From Felis catus (lineage: Eukaryota): a stretch of 64,000 nt of DNA. This document shows, in pieces, positions 50,772-63,155 of this stretch. The stretch lies in NCBI RefSeq assembly GCF_018350175.1, contig NC_058368.1, forward strand, positions 163,000,001 to 163,064,000, read 5' to 3'. The translations under genes and the position numbers were made by a program. How positions within the stretch are numbered: position 1 is the first letter of the stretch; every line of letters starts with the position of its first letter. The notes below the pieces were generated by a model that saw only the letters and a list, made by a program, of their open reading frames with translations, was not told the DNA's origin and searched no databases.

Positions 50772-51465
50772 TCATTTCTTTTTTTTTTAATCCAAGTTAG
50801 TTAACATATAGTGTAATAATGGTTTCAGGAGTAGAATTTAGTGATTCATCACTTACATATAACACCCACTGCTCATCCCAACAAGTATTGTCCTTAATGC
50901 CCATTCCTCCATCTAAAACCCCTCCAGCAACCCTCAGTTTGTTCTCTGTATTTAAGAGTCTCTTATGGAGCCTCCCTATCTCTTTCTATCTTACTTTTCT
51001 TTCCTTTCCCTTATGTTCATCTGCTTTGTTTCTTAAATTCCACATATGGTATTTGTCTTTCTCTATTTCACTTAGCATAATACATTCTAGTTCCATCCAT
51101 GTTGTTGCAAATGACAAGATTTCATTCTTTTTCTTTTAAATGTTTATTTTATTTTTGAGAGAGTAAGCGAGTGTGTGTGTGAGAGTGAGAGGCAGAAAGA
51201 GAGAATCTCAAACAGGCTTTGCACTGACAGCAGTGAGCCTGATACAGGGCTCGAACTCACAAACCACGAGATTATGACCTGACCCAAAGTTACATGCTCA
51301 ACCAACTGAGCCACCCAGGTGCCTGAGATTTCATTCTTTTTTATCGCTAAGTAATATTACATTGTATGTATATACCACATCTTCTTTATCCATTCTTCAG
51401 TCAATGGACATTTGGGGTCTCTCCATAATTTGGCTATTGTTGATAGTGCTGCTATAAACATTGGG
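50772..51465 (-). mobile_element. Carnivore L1 3' end, 5'-truncated
   Basis: ccaagttagttaacata...ggagtagaatttagtgattca...gctataaacattggg. Confidence 0.93.
51133..51324 (-). mobile_element. CanSINE inserted in that L1
   Basis: Perfect 16-bp TSD agatttcattcttttt (51117-51132, 51326-51341). Confidence 0.96.
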
Positions 51466-51471
51466 ATTTTT

Positions 51472-51690
51472 TTTTTAATTTTTTTTTCAACGTTTATTTA
51501 TTTTTGGGACAGAGAGAGACAGAGCATGAACGGGGGAGGGGCAGAGAGAGAGGGAGACACAGAATCGGAAACAGGCTCCAGGCTCTGAGCCGTCAGCCCA
51601 GAGCCCGACGCGGGGCTCGAACTCACAGACCGCGAGATCGTGACCTGGCTGAAGTCGGACGCTTAACCGACTGCGCCACCCAGGCGTCCC
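51472..51690 (-). mobile_element. Young felid CanSINE
   Basis: CpG-rich; flanked by tgggat. Confidence 0.98.
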
Positions 51691-51697
51691 TGGGATA

Positions 51698-51954
51698 TTT
51701 TTTTTTTATATGAAATTTATTGACAAATTGGTTTCCATACAACACCCAGTGCTCATCCCAAAAGGTGCCCTCCTCAATACCCATCACCCACCCTCTCCTC
51801 CCTCCCACCCCCCATCAACCCTCAGTTTGTTCTCAGTTTTTAACAGTCTCTTATGCTTTGGCTCTCTCCCACTCTAACCTCTTTTTTTTTTTTCCTTCCC
51901 CTCCCCCATGGGTTCCTGTTAAGTTTCTCAGGATCCAGGATCCACATAAGAGTG
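51698..51954 (-). mobile_element. Young felid L1 3' UTR (~260 bp, 5'-truncated)
   Basis: tatgaaatttattgacaaattggtttccatacaacacccagtgctcatcccaaaaggtgccc; TSD ctgggat. Confidence 0.95.
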
Positions 51955-51960
51955 CTGGGA

Positions 51961-52023
51961 TTTTTTTTTTAAGTTTGTTGATTTATTTTGAGAGAGAGCA
52001 CGTGCAGGGGAGGGGCAGAGAGA

Positions 52024-52063
<40 letters not shown>

Positions 52064-52189
52064 CCCAAGCAGGCTCTGCATTGTCAGAACAGAGTCCAGC
52101 CCAGGGCTTGAACTCACAAACCATGAGATCATGACCTGACCTGAAATCATAAGTTCAATGCATAACCAGCTGAGCCATCCAGGTGAGCC
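51961..52189 (-). mobile_element. CanSINE
   Basis: TSD aacattgggattttt (51457-51471, 52190-52204). Confidence 0.96.
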
Positions 52190-53832
52190 AACATTGGGAT
52201 TTTTAAAAGCATTACCAAAATATAGTGCATAGAGCTTATACCAGTTTAAGCAGCTTGAATCTGTGTGTGAATACAATAATTTCTGGCCCTATTCCCTGGG
52301 CTAGGTATTATGAGTTGTTTTTTTGGGGGTTTTTTTTTTTGATGTTGTGTGTGTGCGTGTATGTGTGTTTAGTCTTTGCTCACAATTTTGAGCTGGTACA
52401 TGATTCATTTTATAAATGTTTTAGGCATCTTACAACTGCCGAGGGTGGAGGGATGTCTCAGGTACCTCAGGCCCAACCAGCAATCACAAGGGTGAGAAAG
52501 ACAATATCTTAGTACACCTGTGGCCCATGGAGCACCCAAAAGTTCTGCTATACCTCATTATTAATTTTTGGTCTGTTAAAGCAGAAGTAACTCACTTATG
52601 ATACAATACCTTTGAATCTCTTACTATAATTTTGGACCTATCCAACTGTTTTTCTAATTCTTTCAACTTGGGTTTTATATATATTGAGACTATGTTGTGA
52701 ATGAAAAAAACAATTATGATTATTAGGTCTTCTTGATGGGCTATTCATCGTATTATTTTATAGTGTCACTATTTCTATTCATGCTTTTTGCTTTAAACTA
52801 TATTTTCCATATTGCTATATAGCTTTCTATTTGTAAAGTAGCATATAACTCAATGTTTAAAAAACTAATCTGACCATCTTTCTTTAATAGAGGAGTTTAA
52901 TCCATATATATATTTGTGATTTCAGACATATTTGGACTTATTTCTGACATTTTTATTTTATATTCTCTGTTACCTTTCTGTTCTTTTCAATACTTTGCCT
53001 TTGGATGATTTGATAAAGTATTCTATATTTTCAACACAAACTTCTGCTAGTCTTTAATCTTATGTCTCAATCTTAAATTTGAACACAAGTAATTAATTAT
53101 AATTGTTCTTAAATAGCCTATAATTATTCCACAATTTTTATACTCCTCCTGACAATAACAAGAATCTTGGCAGTTTTTTACATCAAACACCCTCATCTTA
53201 TTATTTTGTTTAAAATTTTAGGATCAACACCTTTCAAAACAAAACTGTTGTGTTGTCTTTTTTAAATTTACATTATTAATTTCTGTGTTTGACATTGTTT
53301 ATTGTATTCCTATCTTTCAGTTGATTGATTTGTCTTGAAAAGTTAACTGGAATCTGTAGGTTATAAACTCTCTAGGGCTTACTATGACTGAAGACGTCAT
53401 ATTTGCCAAAGATTTTGATTTATAGCTTCGATACAAGTTCTAGATTAAAGATTATATTCTCTATACATTGACAATATTGCATTTCCTTCTGGTATGCACT
53501 GGTCTAAATTTCATTCTCATTCCATTGTAGAGTAACTCTCCAATAGCTTTAAATAATTTTTTTTTACTTTGACATTTGCTATTTTATTAGAGTATTTCTA
53601 GGTATAGATCATTGTGTTACATGTTATCCAAAGTTACTTTGATCTTAGGACTCATTATTTCTTCAGTTTTAGAAAAATCTTCAGCAGCCATCCACTAAAG
53701 ACTGCATCTTTGTCCTTCACCCAATTCTACCTACCAATCTATTTCCTAACAGCCCTTTAATTTTGTTTGTATCTTTTCTTCATGCTGTTTTCTGGTTAGT
53801 TCCTCAATACCGTCTTCCAATTCACTGTTATT

Positions 53833-54046
53833 CTTTTCTTTTTTTTAAGTTTATTTATTTTGAAAGTGTATGCATGCACGTGCAAGCAGGGGAGGGGCAG
53901 AGAGAGAGGGAGAGATAATCCCAAGCAGGCTCTCCACTGTCAGCACAGAGCCCAACGTGGGGGCTTGAACTTACAGACTGTGAGATCATGACCTGAGTTG
54001 AAACCAAGAGTTGGATGCTTAACCAACTCAGCCACCCAGGTGCCCC
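53833..54046 (-). mobile_element. CanSINE
   Basis: Head ...gccacccaggtgcccc. Confidence 0.96.
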
Positions 54047-54079
54047 ATGTTTTTCTATAAAATTTATTCTGTCTACTAT

Positions 54080-54574
54080 TGTGGTAGATTTGTTTCCAGA
54101 GATGACCACACACTATCTCCCATCCCATGTGCTTTTTACAGTGAGACTTTGCTACCCTTGAAAGGAAGAGACTGAGTCTGTGTCCCTTCCCCATGAATCT
54201 GGGTCAGTCGTATGACTTGTTTGGCTAATAAACAGTAGCAGAAGTGACACTTTGCCGGTTCCAATTCTTTAAAGGGCCAGCCATTTCTGCTTTCATGCTC
54301 TTTCAAGAAGATAGCCACTATACTTTAATGAAGCATGGCCCACACTAATGAATGATAAGACCATGTGGAAAGAAAAGAGCCACATGGTAAACCCCTGAGG
54401 CTTGTGAATGAAGACTTCTGGAGCCTTCCAGCCCAGCTGACTATAGCCAAGTCACCCCTGCCAATGCTGCTAATTAAATACTCCCCAAGGTACTGACCCA
54501 GAATGATGAGAAGGTTGTTGATTTAAACCACTAAGTTTTGGCATGGTTTCTAACATGGTAATATATAACTGAAA
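54080..54574 (+). mobile_element. MLT1 (G/H-like) MaLR solo LTR
   Basis: tgtggtaga...tgaatctggg...gcagaagtgac...tttaaaccactaagttttgg...ataactgaaa. Confidence 0.88.
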
Positions 54575-54706
54575 TTATTATTTTTTCTATTTCAATGACT
54601 ATATTTCAATTTCTAAAATTTATAATCAATTTTGTTTCATATCCACATATTTTATTTTGTTTTTGTCTGGTGTTAATAATTTTTGCCTTTTTAAAACAGA
54701 AACCAC

Positions 54707-54912
54707 AGGAGCACCTGGATGGCTCAGTTGGTTAAGGGTCTGACTGTTGATTTTCGCTCAGGGCATGATCTCAAGGTTCCTAAGTTCAAGCCCTGCATTG
54801 GGCCCTGCGCTGTTAGGGCATATCCTCCCTCTCTCTCTGCTCCTCCCCCACATGCACTTTCTCTCCCTCTCTCAAAAGTAAACATTAAAAAATAAAAATA
54901 AATAAAATAAAA
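54707..54912 (+). mobile_element. CanSINE
   Basis: TSD approximately aaaacagaaaccaca / aaaatggaaatcaca. Confidence 0.94.
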
Positions 54913-55764
54913 TGGAAATCACACCTCATTAATCTCTTTGAAACATCATAAGCACACTTATTTTAAGTCTTTTTCATTGGAGTAAATTGCTGTTTTGACC
55001 ATCGATTTTGTTGTCTGTCTACTCAGGAATTAGATTTCTCCATGACTATTTGGAGGGGGGATGGGCAGATTACAAATACTTTGTATGAGGCTTTTGATCT
55101 TTTCATTTTTCAATGCCTCTTCCCCACCACATCCCTGTCAATCTACTGATTTCATAGTTGCTTCATGCAGCCCTCCAAAACCCCAGACCAGAGTCTTATC
55201 ATAGTGATTTGGGGTCTTATTTATGGAGATATTCTAGGTTTTGTAGATGTGGTCACAGAACAAAGGATACCTTGGCTCAGTTACTTGTTCCGTGGTTGTA
55301 TCTGTTACCTTCTGCCTCACCAATCCCAGAACTTTCTCAAAGCGCAAATTAAGGTCAGGGAGAGTGTGCCTTTTTTTATTTTTATTTTTAACCTTCCTCT
55401 TATAAAGGAGGCAGTCCTACCCCCACCTCTGACTTCTGACTTCCCTTCCCCCACCCTTTATCCTGGGAGAGCTCAGGCAAATCTCAGGCATAAATAACTC
55501 ATAGAGCAATGAGCTGGAGATTCAACCGTGTTCACTTCTATTACTTTCTTGGTTCATAGAGATAACTATTTTGTTTTTCAAATGGACTCTTTCCCTCCTT
55601 CATTTTATATTCTATTGTTGCTGTATATTTGGGCCACAGGGAGTGAGCAAATCATACATTTACTATATAACTTAGGCTAGAAGTACAGAATGCCATTGAT
55701 TGAAATATCTTCATCACACATCAAGATCCTTCATATCCTTGGGTCTTTGGTAGGTCTTTCTATT

Positions 55765-55958
55765 CTATTGACTTCTGCTTTTCAGAGCTCATGTGATTAG
55801 ATTGGGCCCCCTTGGATAATCCAGTATAATCTTCCTATTTTAGGGTCCATAACACTAATTACTGGAAAAGTCCTTCACAGTGGTACCTAGGTAAGTGTTT
55901 GATTGAATAACCAGTGGATGGTAATCTTGAGGGTACATTTTTGGATTCTGCCTATCAC
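55765..55958 (-). mobile_element. MLT1E-like LTR fragment
   Basis: gctcatgtgattagattgggccc...ggataatccag...gtgtttgattgaataac...attctgcctatcac. Confidence 0.8.
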
Positions 55959-56323
55959 GGTAGCTGATGACTGAAGACATTGTGTAGGGTGAAAAACATG
56001 TTGTTTAAAACCAGAATTGAATGTAGGGACTTCTGTCTTCTAAGGACAGTATTGGTAAGGAAAGAGGCATGAGGAGATATAATTTATACCAGAGTATAAA
56101 ATTAATCTACATACTATTCTATTCCATTTTAAGGCAGTGGTAAGAAAAGACTGCTGCTAAGAGGTGCCAAAGGGATGGAAATCTAAATTACTTAGAATAA
56201 TATGAGAATAATTAAGGTGTGAGAAGGGTTTCAAGGCAAGAGCAGGCTCAGGTGTGTGGCCAGAAGTTGGATTCTATGTAGACATTGCCCTCATCAACTT
56301 GTTTTAATATAAAACCTTTACAC

Positions 56324-56485
56324 TGGGGCAACTGTTGGCTCAGTCAGTTGAGCATCTGACTTCCACTCAGGTCATGATCTCGCAGTTCTTGAGTTCAAGC
56401 CCCGCATCAGACTTGCTGCTGTCAGTGCAGAGCCCACTTTGTATCCTCTGCCCCACTCTTCTTCTCAAAAATAAACAAACATTTA
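56324..56485 (+). mobile_element. CanSINE (outer)
   Basis: Head and tail; tail continues at ~56704. Confidence 0.9.
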
Positions 56486-56486
56486 T

Positions 56487-56700
56487 GGGGTACCTGGGTG
56501 GCTCAGTCAGTTAAATGTCCAACTATTGATTTTGGCTGAGGTCATGATGTCATGTTTCATGAGTTCGAGCCCTGCATTCAGGTTCTGGGCTGACAGTGCA
56601 AAGCCTGCTTTTGATTCTCTCTCTCCCTTTGTCTGCTCCTCCACTCCCATGCTGTCTCTGGCTCTCTCAAAACAAATAAACTTAAAAAATAAATAAAGTC
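56487..56700 (+). mobile_element. CanSINE inserted in the tail of the previous SINE
   Basis: acaaacatt on both flanks. Confidence 0.93.
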
Positions 56701-57079
56701 ACAGACAAACATTAAAAAAAAGTACATTGACCCAAAACCCTTCTATTGACCCAAATCTTCAGTAAAACTGGACATCATAAACCTGTCTTCAGTATGTGGC
56801 TCAAGGAAGTAGCAAGGAAAGGGTTCAAGTTCTACACTGTGACTTATATGGAGCCAAGGTAAGAAGACCAAGTGCTTTAGCAGGTGAGATGCAAATGATG
56901 CCAAATGTTCAGAAGGTTAGGAACTTGGAACTAGAAGAGACCATGACAAAATTAGCCCTCAGAATTCACAATTAGCTTAAAAAAGAATCTGGGCCTTCCC
57001 ATGGGATGGGTGCTTGGGACAATTTTTTTGAACATCCAAGAAAATAATAGTATCCCCCTAAAATCTGAGTTATAGTTTA

Positions 57080-57259
57080 AGTCAGTTCTCAATCTTAGTG
57101 GAATGTTAGAATTACCTGGGGAGCTATTAATAAAAACTCCCAGTACTCAAGCTATACTCCAGAACAATTAAAATCAGAATCTCTGGGAGTGGGACCCATC
57201 ATTAGTATTTAAAACTTTCCCAGGTGATTCTAATGTACAGCCAAAGCCGGAAATCACTG
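57080..57259. mobile_element. MER5-like hAT-Charlie element
   Basis: gttctcaa...tagaattacctggggagct...aatcagaatctctggg...cccaggtgattctaatgtacagcca. Confidence 0.88.
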
Positions 57260-57327
57260 GTTTAAGCTGTGAAAAATCTTAAAGGAATCCTTACTTTTGA
57301 ATATGGTCATTAGAAGAGAAATGAGTA

Positions 57328-57556
57328 GGGGCGCCTGGGTGACGCAGTCGGTTAAGCGTCCGACTTCAGCCGGTCACGATCTCGCGGTCTGTGAGCTCGA
57401 GCCCCGCGTCGGGCTCTGGGCTGACGGCTCAGAGCCTGGAGCCTGTTTCCGATTCTGTGTCTCCCTCTCTCTCTGCCCCTCCCCCGTTCATGCTCTCTCT
57501 CTCTCTCTCTGTCCCAAAAATAAATAAAAAACGTTGAAAAAAAAATAAAAAAAAAA
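57328..57556 (+). mobile_element. Young felid CanSINE
   Basis: Perfect 16-bp TSD agaagagaaatgagta (57312-57327, 57557-57572). Confidence 0.98.
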
Positions 57557-58557
57557 AGAAGAGAAATGAGTACATGAAGTATTCTAAGAGATGGGAGAAA
57601 ACCCACTGAATCAAAGATATGAGAAGAAGATGATTCAATTCTGCAGTAAAATTGAATGAGTGAGAACAGAGACCTTCAAATTGTACTAATAGGAGGAGAC
57701 ATTATTGCTATGAGAAGTCTACTAGTAAAATGGTGGGAGCAAAATTTGTATTACAAAAATTCGAAAAGTCAACGGAAAACAGGAAGTAGAAGTAAATGTA
57801 GGCTAATTTTGCAAGATATTAAAAGAGTTGATGAAACAAAAGATGGACACCATGACAGGGAAAGAGCCCTGAAATGACTAGGAAGCACACATACCAGAAG
57901 GAGCTTCATAAATCGAACACAAATTTGAATAGTTTTGAATTGAACGTTCTGACTATTCTGACTCCACACATATTTTTTTTATAGTCCTAAGTGAAAGGAT
58001 TGGGAACCGTGTTTGCACAAGAATAAAAACCACTCCTTTACTTTTCTCCTGAGGAGAAGAATAGAGAACAGTAATTACAGCACAAAGTATGTGGAGCTAT
58101 AATTCCATCAACTTAACCATAATTTATAGATATAGATGGTTTACTCTTCTATTCAATCTATCCTGCATTTGTGATTTTCATAATGTAGACAACAAGACAG
58201 TAATTTGGGAGAGTTTGCCCTTTAAAATAGAGAAAGCCTATTAGTGTAAGTGAACCCCATTTGGCAATACGAGGAAGAAATGTGAAAAAGGTCTAGAGCC
58301 AAGTTTGCCCTTTGGCTGGATAGGAGTCTTTCTGAAGTGACTGCTGTAAACTGGCCCTAGCTCTTCCCTGCCTCCACTTCTGAACCACAAGTTATCCAAG
58401 AATGCCATCTCCCCCTTGGCTGTTCCCCCAGGGGGCTCTGGGCCCTGCAGGAGATGATGGAGGACAGAAATGGTAGCAGCAATCTCATGTGTGAGTCAGT
58501 GGTACAGCTGAATTCAGAATATTAATCAGCAGTTTTATTTCAGGTAACTTGCAGGAG

Positions 58558-58618
58558 ATATATATATATATATATATATATATCCTTAGGGGTATATATC
58601 CTAAGGGGGTATATAGGG

Positions 58619-58663
<45 letters not shown>
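58558..58663. repeat. Interrupted (TA)n microsatellite
   Basis: Two (TA)n arms around a ccttagg/cctaagg core. Confidence 0.95.
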
Positions 58664-58664
<1 letters not shown>

Positions 58665-59334
58665 TTACAAACCACATAACATTTCACTATATTTGTATTT
58701 CACTATATTCTTATCTCCAAATAACCCTTCAGAAGTCCCTCAGCCATCCAGGACTACCTAGATCTTGCCTACCTAGAAAAGCTTTTGTTTTCCTCCTGAA
58801 TACACATGTCCTTCTGAATTAGAAAAAAAGTCATCACTGGATTTCCAGTTTCTTACTGATCCTACTAGAGCTCTATGAAAAAATTCAAAAAAACCCTTGC
58901 AGAGAGACCCTGACAGACCCTAGAGGAAGGACACTCAAAGTTTGCCAGAGGAGGTACTGAGATGAGTTTAGTGAATAACCAGTTACCTGTAGCAGCCTTT
59001 GCCTAAGGGTTAGGAAAATTCCCCAGTCACTGAATCACAGGTGACCAGTGAATGGAGTTTCTCGGGTAGAAGTATAACAGGTTCGCACTGTATGGGAAGA
59101 CCCTTCAGCTATATAACTAATTAGAAGATCTTATTTGAAGATTATCAAAAGTAAAGTGATTTGAGATTTGATGGGGCCATTCTTGGACAGAATTTAAATA
59201 GAATTTTAGAATAGAAATAATTTTCACAATACCAGAGATCATATTTTATAGAAAATGACACCATGCAGACTCTAGACTGGGCTCTGTTTCAGAGATTTAC
59301 AGTGTTTTGCTCTCTCCTTTTGTTTTGTAATAAT

Positions 59335-59545
59335 ATCCACCATTTATTGAAATCTTCCATGTGCTAGGTACAATACATAACTTGTCTTACTGAATTGCCT
59401 TACATAACACCATAAGGTGAATGTATACACCCCTACTTATACATGAGTTAGTAGACACAGACATGTTGAGTATCTTACTGAAGGCCATACAAAAAAATTA
59501 GAACAGAGCTAAAATGTTTATCTCAGATCTATCTGGCTCCAAAGT
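59335..59545 (-). mobile_element. MIR
   Basis: catttattga...atgtgctaggt...tcttactgaaggccatac...tctggctccaaag. Confidence 0.7.
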
Positions 59546-60494
59546 TTGCCTTTTTTCAATACATACATTACACTAATTTTCTATATACTTAAAGGAGCTT
59601 AACTACATAACAGATATTTTCAACCCTCTGTGCTAGCGGAATTTCAGCACTACATAAAGCAGTGAGCTTATGGAAAGGCTAAAGAAAAGCTGAAGGAAAC
59701 TGCTGGTAAAAACAAAGCTGCATAAAGGATAAGTAGCATAAATCTTATCCTTAAAGGTGTATTTCTAGAGAGATAGAGATAGCACACCATTATTCTGGTT
59801 AAAAGTAACAGGTCATTAACAATACCCTAACTTTGACTCAAGAAATAATTTTAAAAATATTAAGCTGAATTTATGAGGCTGACATGAAGGCTCAAAATAA
59901 TAGAAGCCATCTTACTGAATGACACCAGAAATAATAAAAGAAACCCTGTGCTTTTCATCTTGTGACTCTTGAGAGAAAGTGGCAGTCAAGATTTAGGATT
60001 TTGAGATTGTTGTCATTGCAGGGGTGGGGATAAGAAATGGCAAAAATTTAGCAGGGTAAACGGATTTCAGATGAAAAAAACATCAAGTTTTTTTATTTTT
60101 CACAGATTGATATTGAATTCCATTTATACCGTCAACACTGTACCAGGTGCTGTGTAGGTGGATAAGTATGGCATAACACTCCCCTTCTAGGAACTTATAA
60201 TACAAGTAGGAAACAAGGCATAAATATAACAATGTATAATTTATTGCCAAAACAAGAGGTACTGAAAACAAAAGTTATAAAACTCAGAGAAGAAATAAGG
60301 AAATGAGGCCAGGAGTGTTCATTCACTCAATTAATATATTTATTGAATACCTCCTGTGGGCCAGGCAACGTAAGATAACTAATGTTACGGCTAACCAGTA
60401 GGAACATAAACAGGTAGACTTGTAAATACAGGAAGTATTTAGCTAGGCAAACAAAAGGGCAGTGACTTTGTAAAGAGATGAAAAATGTTAAAGC

Positions 60495-60700
60495 AGCAAA
60501 CTAATTACAGATATAAGCACTTTACATATATTAATTCACTTAATCATCACAAGAGCTCAATGAGGTAGTTACTTTGAGTATACCCATTTTGCAAATGAGG
60601 AAACTAGGTTTACAAAGGCCGAGCAATTGACTCCTTGAGATACACAGGTAGAAAATGGTATAGCCAGCTTCAAATACTACAAGTACAAGGTTTAACTGCT
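60495..60700 (-). mobile_element. MIR
   Basis: taagcactttacatatatta...cccattttgcaaatgaggaaact. Confidence 0.8.
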
Positions 60701-60845
60701 TTGCTATACAGCCTCTCAGGCCACCATGTTACAGAGGACCTGCCCCTGCAAAGAACACAGGATAAGCATGCCTTAGCAGGTATATTACCACAAGTTTGGG
60801 TAACATTTTGTCTTGGACCTTGATAGTCATGATTAATCTCTAAAG

Positions 60846-61034
60846 CAATAGTTCTCAAACTTTTTGGTGCATCAGATCACCTGGAAAGCTCATTAAAACA
60901 CAAATAGCTGAACCCCACCCAGAGAGTTTTCAATCCAGTGGGTTTGTAATAAGGCCCAAAAATTTGCATTTCCAAATAACTTCCCAGGTGATGCTGATGC
61001 TGCATGTCTAAAGACCATAGTCTGAAAACCACTG
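60846..61034. mobile_element. MER5A hAT-Charlie element
   Basis: gttctcaaact...gcatcagatcacctgga...aatttgcatttc...ttcccaggtgatgctgatgctgc...aaccactg. Confidence 0.92.
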
Positions 61035-61344
61035 ATGAAGAAAACAAGTGCTCAACCTCCCTGACAAATCTTATAGCTGGATCCTTCCATCATCAAGCAT
61101 GGAACTGGACATCTCTGTTTTCACATCACAGAAATCTCAAACTCAATATGTCTAGAATTTAAATTACTATCTTCTCACTGAAAATCGGCTCTTATGTTTT
61201 TGCCATCTTAAGTGATGGCACAAGTTAACACTTAGTAGTTTGGAAGTATCCCTGACTCTTTATTCATCTGTCCCCATTCAATGAAAGCACTGTGTCATGT
61301 TGATTTTCTTTAAATGCCTCTTTCTACAAATATTAAGCATCACT

Positions 61345-61850
61345 GTGTGCTAGTCTAGGCAGGATTAAGACTGAAAGACATTTAATACCCCAAAATGTCA
61401 CCACCAGACAACGTCCCATTCTATTGTAAGGGAGAACATCACCTTGACAGAGTCTTAGCAATGTCACAGAGGAGAGGATTTTCATAGAGGCTGGGGATCT
61501 AGGCAGAAGTGGTTTAGGAAGGGTCTTTCAAAGACCCTTGAAAGGGTCTTGCAAAAACCTATTGAGACTGAGCAGTGGTCATTACATAAGGGTTTACAAT
61601 TGGTTATCATAGCAAGATTAGGGTCCTGCTATTTGATAAGTGAGTTGTTTGCCTGGATGAGCAGACTGTTGTCTCAGATAAACTGATTTGCAGGATTTAC
61701 CTGACATAAATAGTGAAACTATTTATTAGTTTACAGTCTTATCTTTTTTGGCCAAATGTTTCTTGGAACAAAATACTAACTCATGTTGACACAAATGGTC
61801 TCTGTTCTTAGTCCTAATAACTATGTCACTTTGATGTGGGTGATAACAGT
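61345..61850 (-). mobile_element. Probable old ERV LTR
   Basis: TG...CA bounds and an LTR-like antisense motif pattern; interrupts an L2 remnant; family not identified. Confidence 0.45.
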
Positions 61851-61891
61851 TCTCCAAGACGCTGTGCCCTAGATTTAAGAAACTTGAATTC

Positions 61892-62066
61892 GGGGGAGGC
61901 TGAGCAGCTCAGTTGGTTAAATACCCAACTCTAACGTTTCAGCTCAGGTTATGATCTCACGGTTTGCTCATGAGTTTGAGCCCCACATGGGGCTCCATAC
62001 TAAAGATGTAGAGCCTGCTTGGGATTCTCTCTCCCTCTGTTTCTTCCCTCCCTGGCTCACTCTCGA

Positions 62067-62134
<68 letters not shown>

Positions 62135-62150
62135 AAAAGACTTTTAAAAA
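61892..62150 (+). mobile_element. CanSINE with a (GAAA)n tetranucleotide in its tail
   Basis: TSD aagaaacttgaat / aagaaacttaaat. Confidence 0.94.
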
Positions 62151-62440
62151 AAGAAACTTAAATACTTAAATTCTGGTAAGCAGTTAGGGTTTCAAATACC
62201 TCCCTGTTAAAATTAAGTTATTTATAAGAAACAAGTATACAGAAAAGAATAAATATTGAATCTTATGGAAGTCTTCACTGTGAAGGTACTATTGAGTTTG
62301 AATGGTTACAGGAGTGAAGGCAATCCAGTCCAGGTGAGGCAAGAAGAATATGAAAAACCCTAGACATGAAATATAATAAAGCCATCTCCTCTCTATCCAT
62401 TCACTCAAGCTTTAGTTCATGCCCTCCTCTTTCTTCAAAT

Positions 62441-63155
62441 CAATGAGGTTTTGGAGTGGTGACGGGGTTTGGAGCTGATGGCCAAGAAAGAATTCTTGAA
62501 GACATCTTCGGTGCAAAACAGTGATTTTATTAAAGCACGGGGAAAGGACCCGTGGGCAGAAAGAGCTGCACTGGGATTGTGAAGAATGAGAGGTTCTATA
62601 CTGTGGATTTGGGGGAAATAAAGTCAAAAGGGAGGCCTCCAGAAGGACTTTTGTATGCTAAAGAGGATTCCTAAAATACCTGAGGCCTTGCTATTGTCAG
62701 GCTAAGGTTGTTTTCCCTCTAGTAAGGCATTAACATTTTGACAGTAGGGAGTTACTGGAGAAATGTCATACCCAGTATTTGTCAGTGGGCAGGTTATAAA
62801 GAAATTTAACTTTACCTGCCATTTCTTTTTTGCCTTTGTTCCCCACATCACTATGGAGGGAAAGGTGATACAGACTCAGTTTTCTGGGGCCCCTAATAGG
62901 TTTCTGGAGATTAGGCTATTGATAACATTGCCTTTTTCTTATAATTTACTAAGATATTTGTAAACTGATGGAGACTCATGTCCTGCACGACTGTGATCTC
63001 TATCAGTGAACCATTTGTTTTCTTACCTTTCCTTTGTTCTTTGGCAGCCAGGAGTGCCTGAGGAATATCACACATTTTCTACCTGGGTGGGGAGAGAGGG
63101 GGAGCGGTTTGCTAGCTTATGCTTGGCCTTCAACTTGCCTTAAGGTCCTTCATCA
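62441..63155 (-). mobile_element. Carnivore ERV1-type solo LTR inserted in an L2 remnant
   Basis: Termini caatgagg...cttcatca, 4-bp flanks aaat/aaac (alternatively tcaa/tcaa with 62444-63152); antisense AATAAA at ~62527; L2 is colinear across it. Confidence 0.85.

Larger units (their letters stand above)
52560..55680 (-). mobile_element. Degraded old L1 (L1ME/HAL1-like) interrupted by SINEs and an MLT1
   Basis: T-rich antisense L1 motifs (aatctgaccatct...gagtttaatccat, ttcttcagttttagaaaaatct). Confidence 0.55.

Noticed and set aside
58530..58550. AG|GT recursive-splice-like motif (tttttatttcaggtaac); a similar one on the minus strand at ~18812
   Set aside because: Imperfect donors and no established host gene; expected by chance.
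3344..62150. tRNA genes suggested by A/B-box sequences
   Set aside because: All are tRNA-derived CanSINE heads followed by SINE body and A-rich tails.
3366..62169. Recurrent similar ORFs (e.g. MAQLVKRP..QVMIS, GQRETEHE..RLQALS)
   Set aside because: These are translations of SINE sequence, not a gene family.
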